From: an uncultured Chloroflexia bacterium
Lineage (GTDB): Bacteria > Chloroflexota > Limnocylindria > Limnocylindrales > CSP1-4
Direction of reading: 5' to 3'
Assembly: GCA_963828165.1 (NCBI GenBank)
Contig: CAWHDR010000001.1
Span: 2,720,001 to 2,784,000 of the forward strand
DNA length: 64,000 nt
Shown: in pieces, positions 9,211-18,331 of the stretch
How positions within the stretch are numbered: the first letter of the stretch is position 1
How the letters are laid out: each line of letters starts with the position of its first letter
Notes under the pieces: generated by a model
Database searches by the model: none
Told to the model about the DNA's origin: nothing
The model's input: the letters and a program-made list of their open reading frames with translations, nothing else
Translations under genes and position numbers: made by a program

Positions 9211-10011
9211 TTGCCAAGGAATACCCCCGTCGCTCGAGCGATCCGCGGGATCGTCCTCGCCCTCGTCGCCGTCGTCGCCGTCACGGTCGTGGCGGTGTTC
9301 TTCTCATCGCCCGGCGAGGACGGGTCGCGGCCGCTTCCGGTGCGTGTCAACCCGCTGCTGCCGGATCTCACCGTCGCCCCGCTCACGGGAATCGTCGGCG
9401 GGCTGAACGAGGACGGGACTCGCACCGTTCGGTTCGGCGTGATGATCGTCAACCAGGGAGCCGGCGATTTCGTCCTCCGCGCCAGGCGGTCGAATCTCCT
9501 TGCGGATGACTGGCGGGTCATCCAGCGGGTGCCGGAGACCGGCGGCGGCTACACGGAGACCGAGAGCCCTGCGACCCTGATCTACGGCGGCGACGGCCAC
9601 GAGCATTGGCACATCCGCGAGGTCGAGAGCCACACGATCGAGTCACTGGAGGGGGCGGTGCTCGGGAAGGTCGTCAAGAGCGGCTTCTGCTTCTTCGATA
9701 CCAACGCGGTCCATCCGGACTTGCCGGGAGCGCCGGGTGCCGGGGTGTACGTGTCCGCTGGCTGCGGTGGGCGGATCGACTCGGCCGCCACCATGGGCCT
9801 GTCGGTCGGCTGGGGCGACGAATACCCGTGGCACCTTTTCGAGCAGGAGATCGACATCTCGGCGCTGGAGGAAGGTCGATACCGTCTGCGCGCCGTCGTC
9901 GATCCTTTGGGCTGGTTCGACGAGGCAGACGAGACCAATAACGAGGTGTCGGTGGACATCGAGTGGCACCTCGAGGATGGCCTGCCCGCCATCGAGGTCG
10001 TCCCTGGCTAG
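9211..10011 (+). CDS. Lysyl oxidase-family protein with N-terminal membrane anchor or signal; start uncertain
   Basis: PDL..VRFG..NQGAG, GHEHWH, KSGFCFFD, GLSVGWGDEY, IDISAL..GRYRLR..VDP, EADETNN. Confidence 0.85.
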   Translation: MPRNTPVARAIRGIVLALVAVVAVTVVAVFFSSPGEDGSRPLPVRVNPLLPDLTVAPLTGIVGGLNEDGTRTVRFGVMIVNQGAGDFVLRARRSNLLADDWRVIQRVPETGGGYTETESPATLIYGGDGHEHWHIREVESHTIESLEGAVLGKVVKSGFCFFDTNAVHPDLPGAPGAGVYVSAGCGGRIDSAATMGLSVGWGDEYPWHLFEQEIDISALEEGRYRLRAVVDPLGWFDEADETNNEVSVDIEWHLEDGLPAIEVVPG

Positions 10012-10095
10012 ACGGAGACGACGGTCACGCGCGCGGTCGCGCGGTAGACTGGTACGGACGGGCGCCGAATCGCGCACCCGACCGGAGGAGGTCCA

Positions 10096-10665
10096 GTGGA
10101 CCCAGTCGTACTCATCGTCATCGGTGTCATCGTCGTCCTGGTCGTCCTGGCGATCGGCATCTACAACTCCCTGGTCCAGAAGCGCCTGCGCATCGACGAG
10201 GCGTTCGCCCAGATCGAGGTCCAGCTCAAGCGCCGTCACGACCTGATCCCGAACCTCGTGAACGCGGTCAAGGGCTACATGGGCTTCGAGCAGAAGGTCC
10301 TGACCGACGTCACCAACGCACGCGCCAACGCCGTCGCCGCCGGGGCGCAGGGGCCCGCCCAGCAGGCCGCCGCTGAGAACGCGCTGACCGGCACGCTGCG
10401 CTCGCTGTTCGCAGTCGTCGAGAACTACCCCGAGCTCAAGGCCAACCAGAACGTCCTGGAGCTCCAGGAGCAGCTGACGACGACCGAGAACCAGATCTCG
10501 TTCTCGCGCCAGCACTACAACGCGACAGTCCTCGACTACAACACGGCGATCGCGACGTTCCCGAACGTCCTGCTCGCCGGACCGCTGGGCTTCGCGAGGC
10601 GCGAGTTCTTCGACGCCGAGCCTGAGGCCGCCAACGTCCCGAACGTCGACCTCAGCCTGACCTGA
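10096..10665 (+). CDS. lemA: LemA family protein
   Basis: YNSLV..IEVQLKRRHDLIPNLV, ENYPELKAN, RQHYN..YN..FP. Confidence 0.95.
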   Translation: MDPVVLIVIGVIVVLVVLAIGIYNSLVQKRLRIDEAFAQIEVQLKRRHDLIPNLVNAVKGYMGFEQKVLTDVTNARANAVAAGAQGPAQQAAAENALTGTLRSLFAVVENYPELKANQNVLELQEQLTTTENQISFSRQHYNATVLDYNTAIATFPNVLLAGPLGFARREFFDAEPEAANVPNVDLSLT

Positions 10666-10687
10666 CCCGCCGACCGCGGGAGGCACC

Positions 10688-11659
10688 GTGGCCGGCTCCT
10701 TCTACGACCAGATCGCCGCCAATCGGCGGAACTCGTTCCTCATGGCGGCGTTCGTCGTCGCCCTGCTGGGACTGCTCGGGTTCGCGACCGGGTTCGCCGT
10801 TTCGGGCGAACCCGCCGGTGGTCTTGCCGTCACCGTCGGCGCGCTGGTCCTCGGAAGCCTGGCCGGGATCGGGACGTATTTCGCGGGCGACTCGCTCGTG
10901 CTGTCGGTCAGCGGCGCGCGGGAGGTCGACGAGGCCGTTGCGCCGCAGCTGATGAACGTGGTGCGCGAGATGGCCATCGCCGCCAACGTGCCGATGCCGC
11001 GCGTCCATCTGATCGATGACACCGCGCCCAACGCGTTCGCGACCGGCCGCGACCCGAAGCACGCGTCGGTCGCGATCTCGACCGGGCTGCTCGAAAAGCT
11101 TGACCGCGAGGAGCTGCAGGGCGTCATCGCACACGAGCTTTCGCATGTGCGCAACCTCGACATCCGGTTCTCGCTCATCGTGGGGGTCATGGTCGGGGCC
11201 ATCGCGATCCTCGCCGACTTCTTCCTGCGGTTCACGTTCTGGGGCGGCGGCCGGCGCGATCGGGACAGTGGCGGAGGCGGGGGCGCCCAGACCATCGTCT
11301 TCATCCTCGCCATCGCACTGGCGATCCTTGCGCCGTTGATCAGCCGGTTCATCCAGCTCGCCGTGAACCGGCAGCGCGAGTACCTCGCAGATGCGTCCGC
11401 CGTGGAACTGAGTCGCAATCCGTACGGCCTGGAGCGGGCCCTGGCCAAGATCTCGGCCGATCCGGAGGTGCTCGAAGTCGCCAACCGCGGGACCCAGCAC
11501 ATGTACTTCACCAACCCGATCAAGAAGTTCGAGGAACGCGCGTCGGGGCTGATGTCGACCCACCCGCCGATCATCGACCGGATCAATCGGTTGCGTCAGC
11601 TCACCGGCGAAGCGCCCTTGGGCACAGCGGAACAGGCGCAACTCGCCGGTCTGGAGTAG
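10688..11659 (+). CDS. htpX: HtpX family M48 zinc metalloprotease
   Basis: PNAFATG, HELSH, REYLADA, STHPP; follows lemA. Confidence 0.93.
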   Translation: MAGSFYDQIAANRRNSFLMAAFVVALLGLLGFATGFAVSGEPAGGLAVTVGALVLGSLAGIGTYFAGDSLVLSVSGAREVDEAVAPQLMNVVREMAIAANVPMPRVHLIDDTAPNAFATGRDPKHASVAISTGLLEKLDREELQGVIAHELSHVRNLDIRFSLIVGVMVGAIAILADFFLRFTFWGGGRRDRDSGGGGGAQTIVFILAIALAILAPLISRFIQLAVNRQREYLADASAVELSRNPYGLERALAKISADPEVLEVANRGTQHMYFTNPIKKFEERASGLMSTHPPIIDRINRLRQLTGEAPLGTAEQAQLAGLE

Positions 11660-11740
11660 GGGAGGGCTGCATGGCAAGGCCTCGAAGGGCCGTGGTATCC
11701 TGCCCTCCGCCGACGGGCAGCCAACGCGGTTGGCCATCGG

Positions 11741-11816
11741 GCCGAGGTAGCTCAGTCGGTAGAGCACGCGACTGAAAATCGCGGTGTCGCCAGTTCGATC
11801 CTGGCCCTCGGCACCA
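11741..11816 (+). tRNA. tRNA-Phe(GAA)
   Basis: GCCGAGG/CCTCGGC, CGCGA-CT-GAA-AA-TCGCG, CCA. Confidence 0.96.
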
Positions 11817-11840
11817 CCTTTCGAGGCGGTCGACCTCCGG

Positions 11841-11916
11841 GCGGAAGTGGCTCAGTTGGTAGAGCATCACCTTGCCAAGGTGAGGGTCGCGGGTTCGAGT
11901 CCCGTCTTCCGCTCCA
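11841..11916 (+). tRNA. tRNA-Gly(GCC)
   Basis: GCGGAAG/CTTCCGC, TCACC-TT-GCC-AA-GGTGA, TCCA end. Confidence 0.96.
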
Positions 11917-11939
11917 TTCATCCTCCCCGAAGGCGCCGC

Positions 11940-12013
11940 TGCCCCTTCGTCTAGTGGTAGGACAGCGGACTTTGGATCCGTGAACCGAGGTTCGAATCCT
12001 CGAGGGGCAGCCA
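11940..12013 (+). tRNA. tRNA-Gln(TTG)
   Basis: TGCCCCT/AGGGGCA, GCGGA-CT-TTG-GA-TCCGT, GCCA end. Confidence 0.95.
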
Positions 12014-12047
12014 ACACCCGGATCGAACCCCGGGTAAAGTCTTGTCT

Positions 12048-12124
12048 GGCGACGTGGTGAAGTGGTTCAACACGGAGGTCTGCAAAACCTCTATTCACCG
12101 GTTCGAATCCGGTCGTCGCCTCCA
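12048..12124 (+). tRNA. tRNA-Cys(GCA)
   Basis: GGCGACG/CGTCGCC, GAGGT-CT-GCA-AA-ACCTC, TCCA end. Confidence 0.95.
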
Positions 12125-12192
12125 CATCCCTGTCGCGACCGCGGCGAGTCCAGGGGCTCGAGAGGGCGACCTTCCGCTAGGCTTGGCGTTCG

Positions 12193-12278
<86 letters not shown>

Positions 12279-12451
12279 TCCCAGGTCGCAGATCGGAGCA
12301 TCGGCGACCCGACGGTCGCCGCGCGTGGTACCCGGGCAACAACGTCAGGTTGGCCGAGGGACCTGGTTCTCCGCCCCGCGGTGTACTGTGCGGGTCTCGC
12401 CCGCCCGGACGAACGCATCCTCGGCGGATCGGGAGAGGAGGAGATCGAGCG

Positions 12452-13003
12452 ATGAGAGCGTCAGCGATGGGAGCGTCGGCCCTGGCCGCGATCCTGTTCG
12501 CGGGCTGCACCGCCGCCCCGGGCGCGCCGCCGTCTCCCGACTCGACTGCGGTCACGGTCACCGCCGCACCTGCCACGTCGACGCCCAGCCCCTCGCCCAC
12601 GCCCACGACCGCGGCGGCATCTCCCGTGCTCAGCACGGTCTACACCGCCGACGACACGGAGATCGCCAAGCTGATCAAGGCCGGCGCCGACGAGGCGATC
12701 CCCGACCTCAAGGGCCTCAACAAGATGGACCCGAGCAAGCTCGAGGGCCAGTTCCTGCCCTTGGGCGAATGGATCACCAGCCAGAGAGAAGGCGTCGCGG
12801 CCTACACGCCGACGACCTGCACGGCGCCGGCGCTCGAGCGGTTCGTCGACGGGATCGACCAATACGACGCCATCCGGAAGCAGTTCCTGGCGTGGCGGGA
12901 CTGGGGTGCGACCGGGCATGCGTTCCCCGTAGCGGCTCCCGGCCAGGCAGTCGTGGCATTCGAAGAGGCGGTCGTCGAGCTCGAAGCCAGCTGTCCCACC
13001 TGA
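12452..13003 (+). CDS. Hypothetical lipoprotein
   Basis: AGGAGG upstream of ATG 12452; lipobox FAG-C; Pro/Thr/Ser linker; helical C-domain with two further Cys. Confidence 0.75.
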   Translation: MRASAMGASALAAILFAGCTAAPGAPPSPDSTAVTVTAAPATSTPSPSPTPTTAAASPVLSTVYTADDTEIAKLIKAGADEAIPDLKGLNKMDPSKLEGQFLPLGEWITSQREGVAAYTPTTCTAPALERFVDGIDQYDAIRKQFLAWRDWGATGHAFPVAAPGQAVVAFEEAVVELEASCPT

Positions 13004-13028
13004 GGATCAACCGGCGAGCCGGCGCGCG

Positions 13029-14336
13029 TCAGGCCTTGCGGCGCAACCCGAACAGTCCCGCCTTCTTCCTGGGCTCCGCGGCCGGGACGACGACGCCATC
13101 GGTGCCGAACGCCGTCGAGCTCAGCTTGCCAAGTCGCTCGGCCGCTGCCGATCGCGGCGCGCCCATGACGATCGGGACTCCCTCGTTGACCGCCTTGAGG
13201 TACAGGAAGGCGTCGTAGGGCAGGTCGAGCCCGATCTGCGTCCCGAGGGCGGCCTCGATATCGCGCCGCTTGAGGATGTCGCGCGCGAACATGTTGTTGA
13301 GGACGTACATGGCCTTCGTGCCGATGGACCCGGACTCGGTCAGGTGGTCGACCAGGCCATGCATCGCCTTGAGGGCCGGGATCTCGGGGTAGACGCCGAG
13401 CACGATGGTCTCCGCGGCATCGAAGACGGTCAGCGTTCGCTCGTCGAGCGTCGAGCCCGCATCGATCACGACCGACTCGTAGCCTTCGAGCAGGGCCGCG
13501 ATCAGCTGCGAGATGTGGTCGGGGGTGATGAACTCGGACGTCTCCGGCGTGGTCGGTGCGGCGATCACGTGGAGGCCGCTGTCGTGCCGCATCGCGAAGG
13601 TGCGCAGGAGTTCCGGCTCGCGCAGGACCGCCTCGTCACGGACGATGTCGGTCAGGGTCTGCTTGGCGGACAGGTTGAGATGGGTCGCGACCGCGCCGAA
13701 CTGCAGGTCCAGGTCCACCAGCACCACCCGGTCGGGCCGTTTCTGCGCCGCTGCCACGGCGATGTTCGTGGCGATGGTCGTCGTCCCGACCCCGCCCTTG
13801 GGGCTGAAGACCGCGACCACTCTGCGGGCCTGCGAGATCGTGAGGCCGTCGGACGAGACGACCGGAGCCTTGTGCTTCGATCGCTGGAAACGGAGGAGGA
13901 GCGCCTCGACCCGCGCTTCGACCTCTCGTGCGTCGAACGGTCGGGCGATGACGTCGTCCGCTCCAGCCTCCAGGAAGCCGATCCGCTCCTCGACGTCGTC
14001 GGTGGTCGCGACGCACAGGATCGGCACGGCGGCCATCGCCGGAGTTGCCCGGATCTCACGGCATAGCTCGACGCCGGTCCGGGTCGCGACTGCGTCCTTC
14101 TTGGCGTCTTTCCCGTCCTTTCCATCCTTGGGTTCCTTGGCGCCCTTGGTCGGCTTCGCCGCCTCCTCCGCGACCCCGACATCGAGGATCGCGAGCTGGT
14201 GTTCGACGATCGTCGCCAATGCCACATCCGGGTCCGTCGTCTGCGTGACGGTATAGCCAGCCGACGTGAGCTGAGGAACGAGCGACGCGATCGCCGTCGC
14301 GGCGCTTTCGAGAACGAGGATCGTGCTGGCGGGCAA
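13029..14336 (-). CDS. Receiver domain plus CpaE/TadZ (MinD/ParA-like) ATPase
   Basis: GFLEAGADDVIARPF (REC); SPKGGVGTTT, VDLDLQFG, VIDAG, AVNEGVP; TTG 14336 follows GGAGG. Confidence 0.85.
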   Translation of the reverse strand: MPASTILVLESAATAIASLVPQLTSAGYTVTQTTDPDVALATIVEHQLAILDVGVAEEAAKPTKGAKEPKDGKDGKDAKKDAVATRTGVELCREIRATPAMAAVPILCVATTDDVEERIGFLEAGADDVIARPFDAREVEARVEALLLRFQRSKHKAPVVSSDGLTISQARRVVAVFSPKGGVGTTTIATNIAVAAAQKRPDRVVLVDLDLQFGAVATHLNLSAKQTLTDIVRDEAVLREPELLRTFAMRHDSGLHVIAAPTTPETSEFITPDHISQLIAALLEGYESVVIDAGSTLDERTLTVFDAAETIVLGVYPEIPALKAMHGLVDHLTESGSIGTKAMYVLNNMFARDILKRRDIEAALGTQIGLDLPYDAFLYLKAVNEGVPIVMGAPRSAAAERLGKLSSTAFGTDGVVVPAAEPRKKAGLFGLRRKA

Positions 14337-14436
14337 GGGGCCTCCGGTCGGGTGCGAATGGGACGTGTGCTGGGGGTCGCCGAGAGGATACATCGGCGCG
14401 ACTCGGCCTCTGTTTCCCGAGTCTCGGGGACGGCCA

Positions 14437-14530
14437 TGCTAGACTACGGCCCGTTTCCTTTCCGCTCCGTGGCGAATCGGCGCGTCCGACGTCAAACGGG
14501 GCATACCCATTGGAAGGAGTGCCTGCGCGC
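14437..14530 (+). promoter_or_regulatory. rpsF promoter (TGnTAGACT) and probable S6:S18 autoregulatory leader
   Basis: TCCTTT can pair with the AAGGAG Shine-Dalgarno; CCG follows directly; CTCCGT/ACGGGG second stem. Confidence 0.55.
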
Positions 14531-14977
14531 ATGCGCCGTTACGAACTCATGCTCGTGATCCGCCCCGACGTCGCGGATGACAAGAGCCAGGCGGTCATCG
14601 ACCGCGTCACCCGCCAGATCACGGCGGGTGGCGGCCAGATCGTCAAGGTCGCCCCGTGGGGCCGCCGGCGTCTCGCCTACCCGATCGATCGATTCCGCGA
14701 GGGCTCGTACCACATCGTCCTGTTCGCGGCACCGGCCGGCCTGCTGACCGAGCTCGAGCACAGCCTGCTCATCACCGAGGAGGTCATCCGTCACCTGGTC
14801 ACCCGTGACGAACGCCCGGCCAAGCCGAGCCGTCGCGAGGACGGGGATGCGGAAGATGCCGAGGATGGCGAGGACGCCGAGCTGCCCTCGAACCTGTACG
14901 GGGACGACGACGAGGACGACGGGTCCGAGCGGATCGGCGAGGACGAGAGCGAGGCGGCCCCGGCCGCCATCGACTGA
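14531..14977 (+). CDS. rpsF: 30S ribosomal protein S6 with acidic C-tail
   Basis: MRRYELMLVIRPD, WGRRRLAYPI, VIRHLV. Confidence 0.97.
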   Translation: MRRYELMLVIRPDVADDKSQAVIDRVTRQITAGGGQIVKVAPWGRRRLAYPIDRFREGSYHIVLFAAPAGLLTELEHSLLITEEVIRHLVTRDERPAKPSRREDGDAEDAEDGEDAELPSNLYGDDDEDDGSERIGEDESEAAPAAID

Positions 14978-14990
14978 GGAGCGCACGACG

Positions 14991-15521
14991 ATGGCCCTGT
15001 GCAAGGTGATGATCATCGGCAATCTCGGATCCGATCCGGAGATGCGCTACACGCCGACCAACCGCGCCGTGACCCAGTTCAACGTGGCGGTCAACCAGAG
15101 CACGAAGAACCAGCAGACCGGCGAGTGGGTCGAAGAGACCGACTGGTTCCGCGTGAGCGTCTGGGGCGACCGCGCCGAGCGCATGGCCGAGAGCCTGCGC
15201 AAGGGCAACAAGGTGTTCGTGGAAGGCCGCTTCAAGACCCGCACCTTCGAAGGCCGTGATGGCCAGACCCGGACGGCGCTGGAGATCACGGCCGACTCGA
15301 TCGTGAACCTCGAGCGACGTCCCCGCGACGATGAGGGGTCTTTCGGCGGCGCCTCCGGTGGCGGTCAGGCCGGCCAGGGTGGGCCCCCCGGCGACGGCGG
15401 CGGCTACTCCGGAGGGAACCGTGGCGGTGGCGAAGGCGCCCCGGCCGGTCCGCCGGCCGGCGGCAACGTTCGTCCAACGCGTCCGACCGACGACAGCGAT
15501 CTTGACGACCTTCCTTTCTGA
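14991..15521 (+). CDS. ssb: Single-stranded DNA-binding protein
   Basis: IIGNLGSDPEMRYT, TDWFRVSVW, Gly-rich linker, DDLPF C-terminus. Confidence 0.97.
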   Translation: MALCKVMIIGNLGSDPEMRYTPTNRAVTQFNVAVNQSTKNQQTGEWVEETDWFRVSVWGDRAERMAESLRKGNKVFVEGRFKTRTFEGRDGQTRTALEITADSIVNLERRPRDDEGSFGGASGGGQAGQGGPPGDGGGYSGGNRGGGEGAPAGPPAGGNVRPTRPTDDSDLDDLPF

Positions 15522-15548
15522 CGACCGACTGACCAGGAGAACCTGACC

Positions 15549-15815
15549 ATGCCTCCCGCCCGATCCCGCAAGCGCGACGACTTCTACCGCGACCGTCGAC
15601 GTCGCAAGGTGTGCGCGTTCTGCGCCGACAAGACGTCGCTGATCGACTACAAGGAGGTCAACCGCCTCCGCCGCTACCTGTCCGAGCGGGCCAAGATCGA
15701 GCCACGGCGCAAGACCGGCACCTGCGCCGGGCACCAGCGCGAGCTGGCCGTCGCCCTCAAGCGCGCCCGCCACGTGGCCCTGCTCCCGTACGCGCCCCAG
15801 CACCTGCGCCCGTAA
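15549..15815 (+). CDS. rpsR: 30S ribosomal protein S18 (Zn-binding form)
   Basis: [33 protein letters not shown]. Confidence 0.97.
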   Translation: MPPARSRKRDDFYRDRRRRKVCAFCADKTSLIDYKEVNRLRRYLSERAKIEPRRKTGTCAGHQRELAVALKRARHVALLPYAPQHLRP

Positions 15816-15880
15816 TCCTCGGGCGGATGGCGTCGCGGAGCTCCGCCGTCCTCGGGCGGATGGCGTCGCGGAGCTCCGCC
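15816..15880. repeat. Tandem duplication of a 33-nt palindromic unit
   Basis: TCCTCGGGCGGATGGCGTCGCGGAGCTCCGCC at 15816 and 15849; contains palindrome GCGGAGCTCCGC. Confidence 0.9.
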
Positions 15881-15950
15881 TCCGACCTCGGAGCGCGTGT
15901 GGCAGTTCCCCGCTCGGGGTGCCGGCATACCGTTCCGTGCGGAACCTGAG

Positions 15951-16832
15951 GTGGACGTCGGGCTCCTGATGCTCGTCGGCGGTTTCGCCGCTGGCGTCTT
16001 CGGATCGTGGCTCGGCCTGGGTGGCGGCACCCTCATCGTGCCGCTCCTGACCCTCGTGTTCGGCCTGGACCTCCGCACGGCCGTCGGCGTGTCCCTGGTC
16101 TGCGTGATCATGACCAGCAGTGCAGCGGCGGGTGTCTACCTGGAGCGCCACGTCGCCAACCTGCGGCTGGGCATGAGCCTGGAGCTGTTCACCGCCATCG
16201 GTGCACTCGTCGGCGGCTCGATCGCGTTCCTCGTCGACGAGCGGCTGCTGTCCGTGCTCTTCGCCGGCCTCCTCGGGTATGTCGCGTTCTCGATGGCGCG
16301 AGCGCGGTCTTCGGAGGCCGTCATGGACGACATCGGGGCGGGGGAGACCGGCGGCGTATCGGACGTGACGAGTTCCGGCGGCAAGCGCCTCCTTGAGAAC
16401 CGTGCCCCCGACGCGGCAGGCAGGCGTGCGGCGATGCTGGCGAGCGTCGCCGGTCCCGACTACGAGGTCCGAAACCTTGGCCGGGGCGTGCTCGGGTCGG
16501 CCGGCGCCGGGGTTGCCTCGGCCCTGCTGGGCATCGGGGGCGGCACCATCAAGGTCCCCCTGATGCACCTGGCCATGGGTGTGCCGCTGCGCGTGGCCAC
16601 CGCCACGAGCAACCTGATGATGGGCATCACGGCTGCCTCAGGCGCGGTGATCTATCTGCTTCGCGGCGAGATCGACCCGTACGTCGTCGGCCCGACGGCG
16701 ATCGGCGTCTTCGTCGGCGCCACGCTCGGCTCGCGGGTGGCACACCGGATCGGCCTGCGCTATCTGCGCCTGTTGTTCGTGGTGGTCATGGCGTACACCG
16801 CGATCCAGATGTTGCTGCGGGCCGTCTCGTGA
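15951..16832 (+). CDS. TauE/SafE (DUF81) family membrane protein; start approximate
   Basis: GLGGGTLIVPLL and LLGIGGGTIKVP repeats, ATATSNLM. Confidence 0.9.
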   Translation: MDVGLLMLVGGFAAGVFGSWLGLGGGTLIVPLLTLVFGLDLRTAVGVSLVCVIMTSSAAAGVYLERHVANLRLGMSLELFTAIGALVGGSIAFLVDERLLSVLFAGLLGYVAFSMARARSSEAVMDDIGAGETGGVSDVTSSGGKRLLENRAPDAAGRRAAMLASVAGPDYEVRNLGRGVLGSAGAGVASALLGIGGGTIKVPLMHLAMGVPLRVATATSNLMMGITAASGAVIYLLRGEIDPYVVGPTAIGVFVGATLGSRVAHRIGLRYLRLLFVVVMAYTAIQMLLRAVS

Positions 16833-17206
16833 CGCCTGTGCCGGATCCGGGCGCCCAGCGGGGTCGCGACTTCGACCGGTTCATCGGTCGGCTGCTGATC
16901 GCGGTCACCTACGTCGCGGTCGGGCTGCTCTCCGTTGGGGTCGTGCTGCTGCTGGCCGCCGGGATCTCGCCGCTGGCCGGCGGCCCGCCGCTCGATCCCG
17001 CCCGCATCCTGGCGGACCTCGGCTCGCTCGCCCCGGCGGCGTTCCTGTGGCTGGGCATCCTCGCCGTCATCGCCACGCCGATCAGCCGGGTCATCGTGGC
17101 GGCGATCGGGTTCGCCCGCCTGGGCGACCGCTGGATGATCGCCGTTTCGCTCGGGATCCTGGCGGTCATCGCCCTCGCGATCGCATCGGCGATCTCGGCG
17201 GGCTGA
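16829..17206 (+). CDS. DUF1634-like membrane protein
   Basis: IGRLL..LGILAVIATPISRV..GD; usual partner of TauE/SafE. Confidence 0.75.
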   Translation: MTPVPDPGAQRGRDFDRFIGRLLIAVTYVAVGLLSVGVVLLLAAGISPLAGGPPLDPARILADLGSLAPAAFLWLGILAVIATPISRVIVAAIGFARLGDRWMIAVSLGILAVIALAIASAISAG

Positions 17207-17301
17207 CGCCGGAAGAGAGCCGCCGAGAGCCGCTGCTATACTCGGCCGACTTCGCCGCCCCGCGACCGCGTCGCGCCCGTCAGCGCAGGAGTCCCAGCCG
17301 A

Positions 17302-18282
17302 ATGACCACCGACACCACGGCCGGCACTTCGGCCCCGTCGCCCCATCACGCGCCGAAGACCGCCGCGCTCGACGAGCTGATCTGCTACTTCGAGGGCGAG
17401 TTCGTCCCGATGAAGGATGCCAAGGTCAGCATCATGACCCACGCCTTCATGTACGGGACGGCGACCTTCGAAGGTATCCGCGCCTACTGGAACGAGGAGG
17501 AGGGGCGGCTGTACGGCCTGAAGCTGCGCGAGCACGTCGAGCGCATCCGACAGTCGTGCCGGATCCTCTTGATGGACGACATCCCGTCGGTCGACGAGCT
17601 GTCGGCGCTCATCATCGAGACCGTTCGCCGCAACGCGTTCCGCGAGGACTGCTACATCCGGCCCTCGTTCTACAAGTCGACGCGCGCGATCGGTGTGCGC
17701 CTGCACGACCTGGAGCACGAGCTGTACATCATCACGCTGCCCTTCGGGAACTACATCGACACCGAGAAGGGCGTCCGGCTCATGACCTCGTCCTGGCGCC
17801 GGAACGCCGACGAGGCGCTGCCGGCCCGCGGCAAGATCGTCGGTGGCTACGTGAACATGGCCTTCCAGAAGTCCGAGGCTGAGCTGAACGGCTACGACGA
17901 GGCGGTCGTCCTGACCTCACAGGGCCACGTCAACGAGTCGTCCGCGGCCAATATCTACGTCGTGCGCGATGGGGTCGCGATCACGCCGCCGGTCAATGAC
18001 GACCTGCTCGAGGGTGTGACCCGCAAGGCACTCATGGAGCTGCTCGGCAACGAGGGCATCCCGGTCCAGGAACGCTCGATCAACCGGTCGGAGCTGTACG
18101 TGGCCGACGAGATCTTCGTGTGCGGGACCGGCGTCCAGATCTCGCCCGTCATCGAGGTCGACCACCGCAAGGTCGGGTCGGGGGCCGTGGGCCCGATCGC
18201 CCGGCTCGTCCGCGATCGGTATTTCGAGGCGGTGCGCGGTCGGCTGCCCGAGTACCGGCACTGGCTGACGCCCATCCAGTAG
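17302..18282 (+). CDS. ilvE: Branched-chain amino acid aminotransferase (class IV)
   Basis: YGTATFEGIRAY, YIRP, KIVGGYVN, LEGVTR, ADEIFVCGT; AGGAG upstream and TGCTATACT -10 near 17235. Confidence 0.93.
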   Translation: MTTDTTAGTSAPSPHHAPKTAALDELICYFEGEFVPMKDAKVSIMTHAFMYGTATFEGIRAYWNEEEGRLYGLKLREHVERIRQSCRILLMDDIPSVDELSALIIETVRRNAFREDCYIRPSFYKSTRAIGVRLHDLEHELYIITLPFGNYIDTEKGVRLMTSSWRRNADEALPARGKIVGGYVNMAFQKSEAELNGYDEAVVLTSQGHVNESSAANIYVVRDGVAITPPVNDDLLEGVTRKALMELLGNEGIPVQERSINRSELYVADEIFVCGTGVQISPVIEVDHRKVGSGAVGPIARLVRDRYFEAVRGRLPEYRHWLTPIQ

Positions 18283-18331
18283 GCGCCGCGAGGCGGCGCG
18301 GGGCGGGCGGCGGCGGCGCGGCGATCCACCC

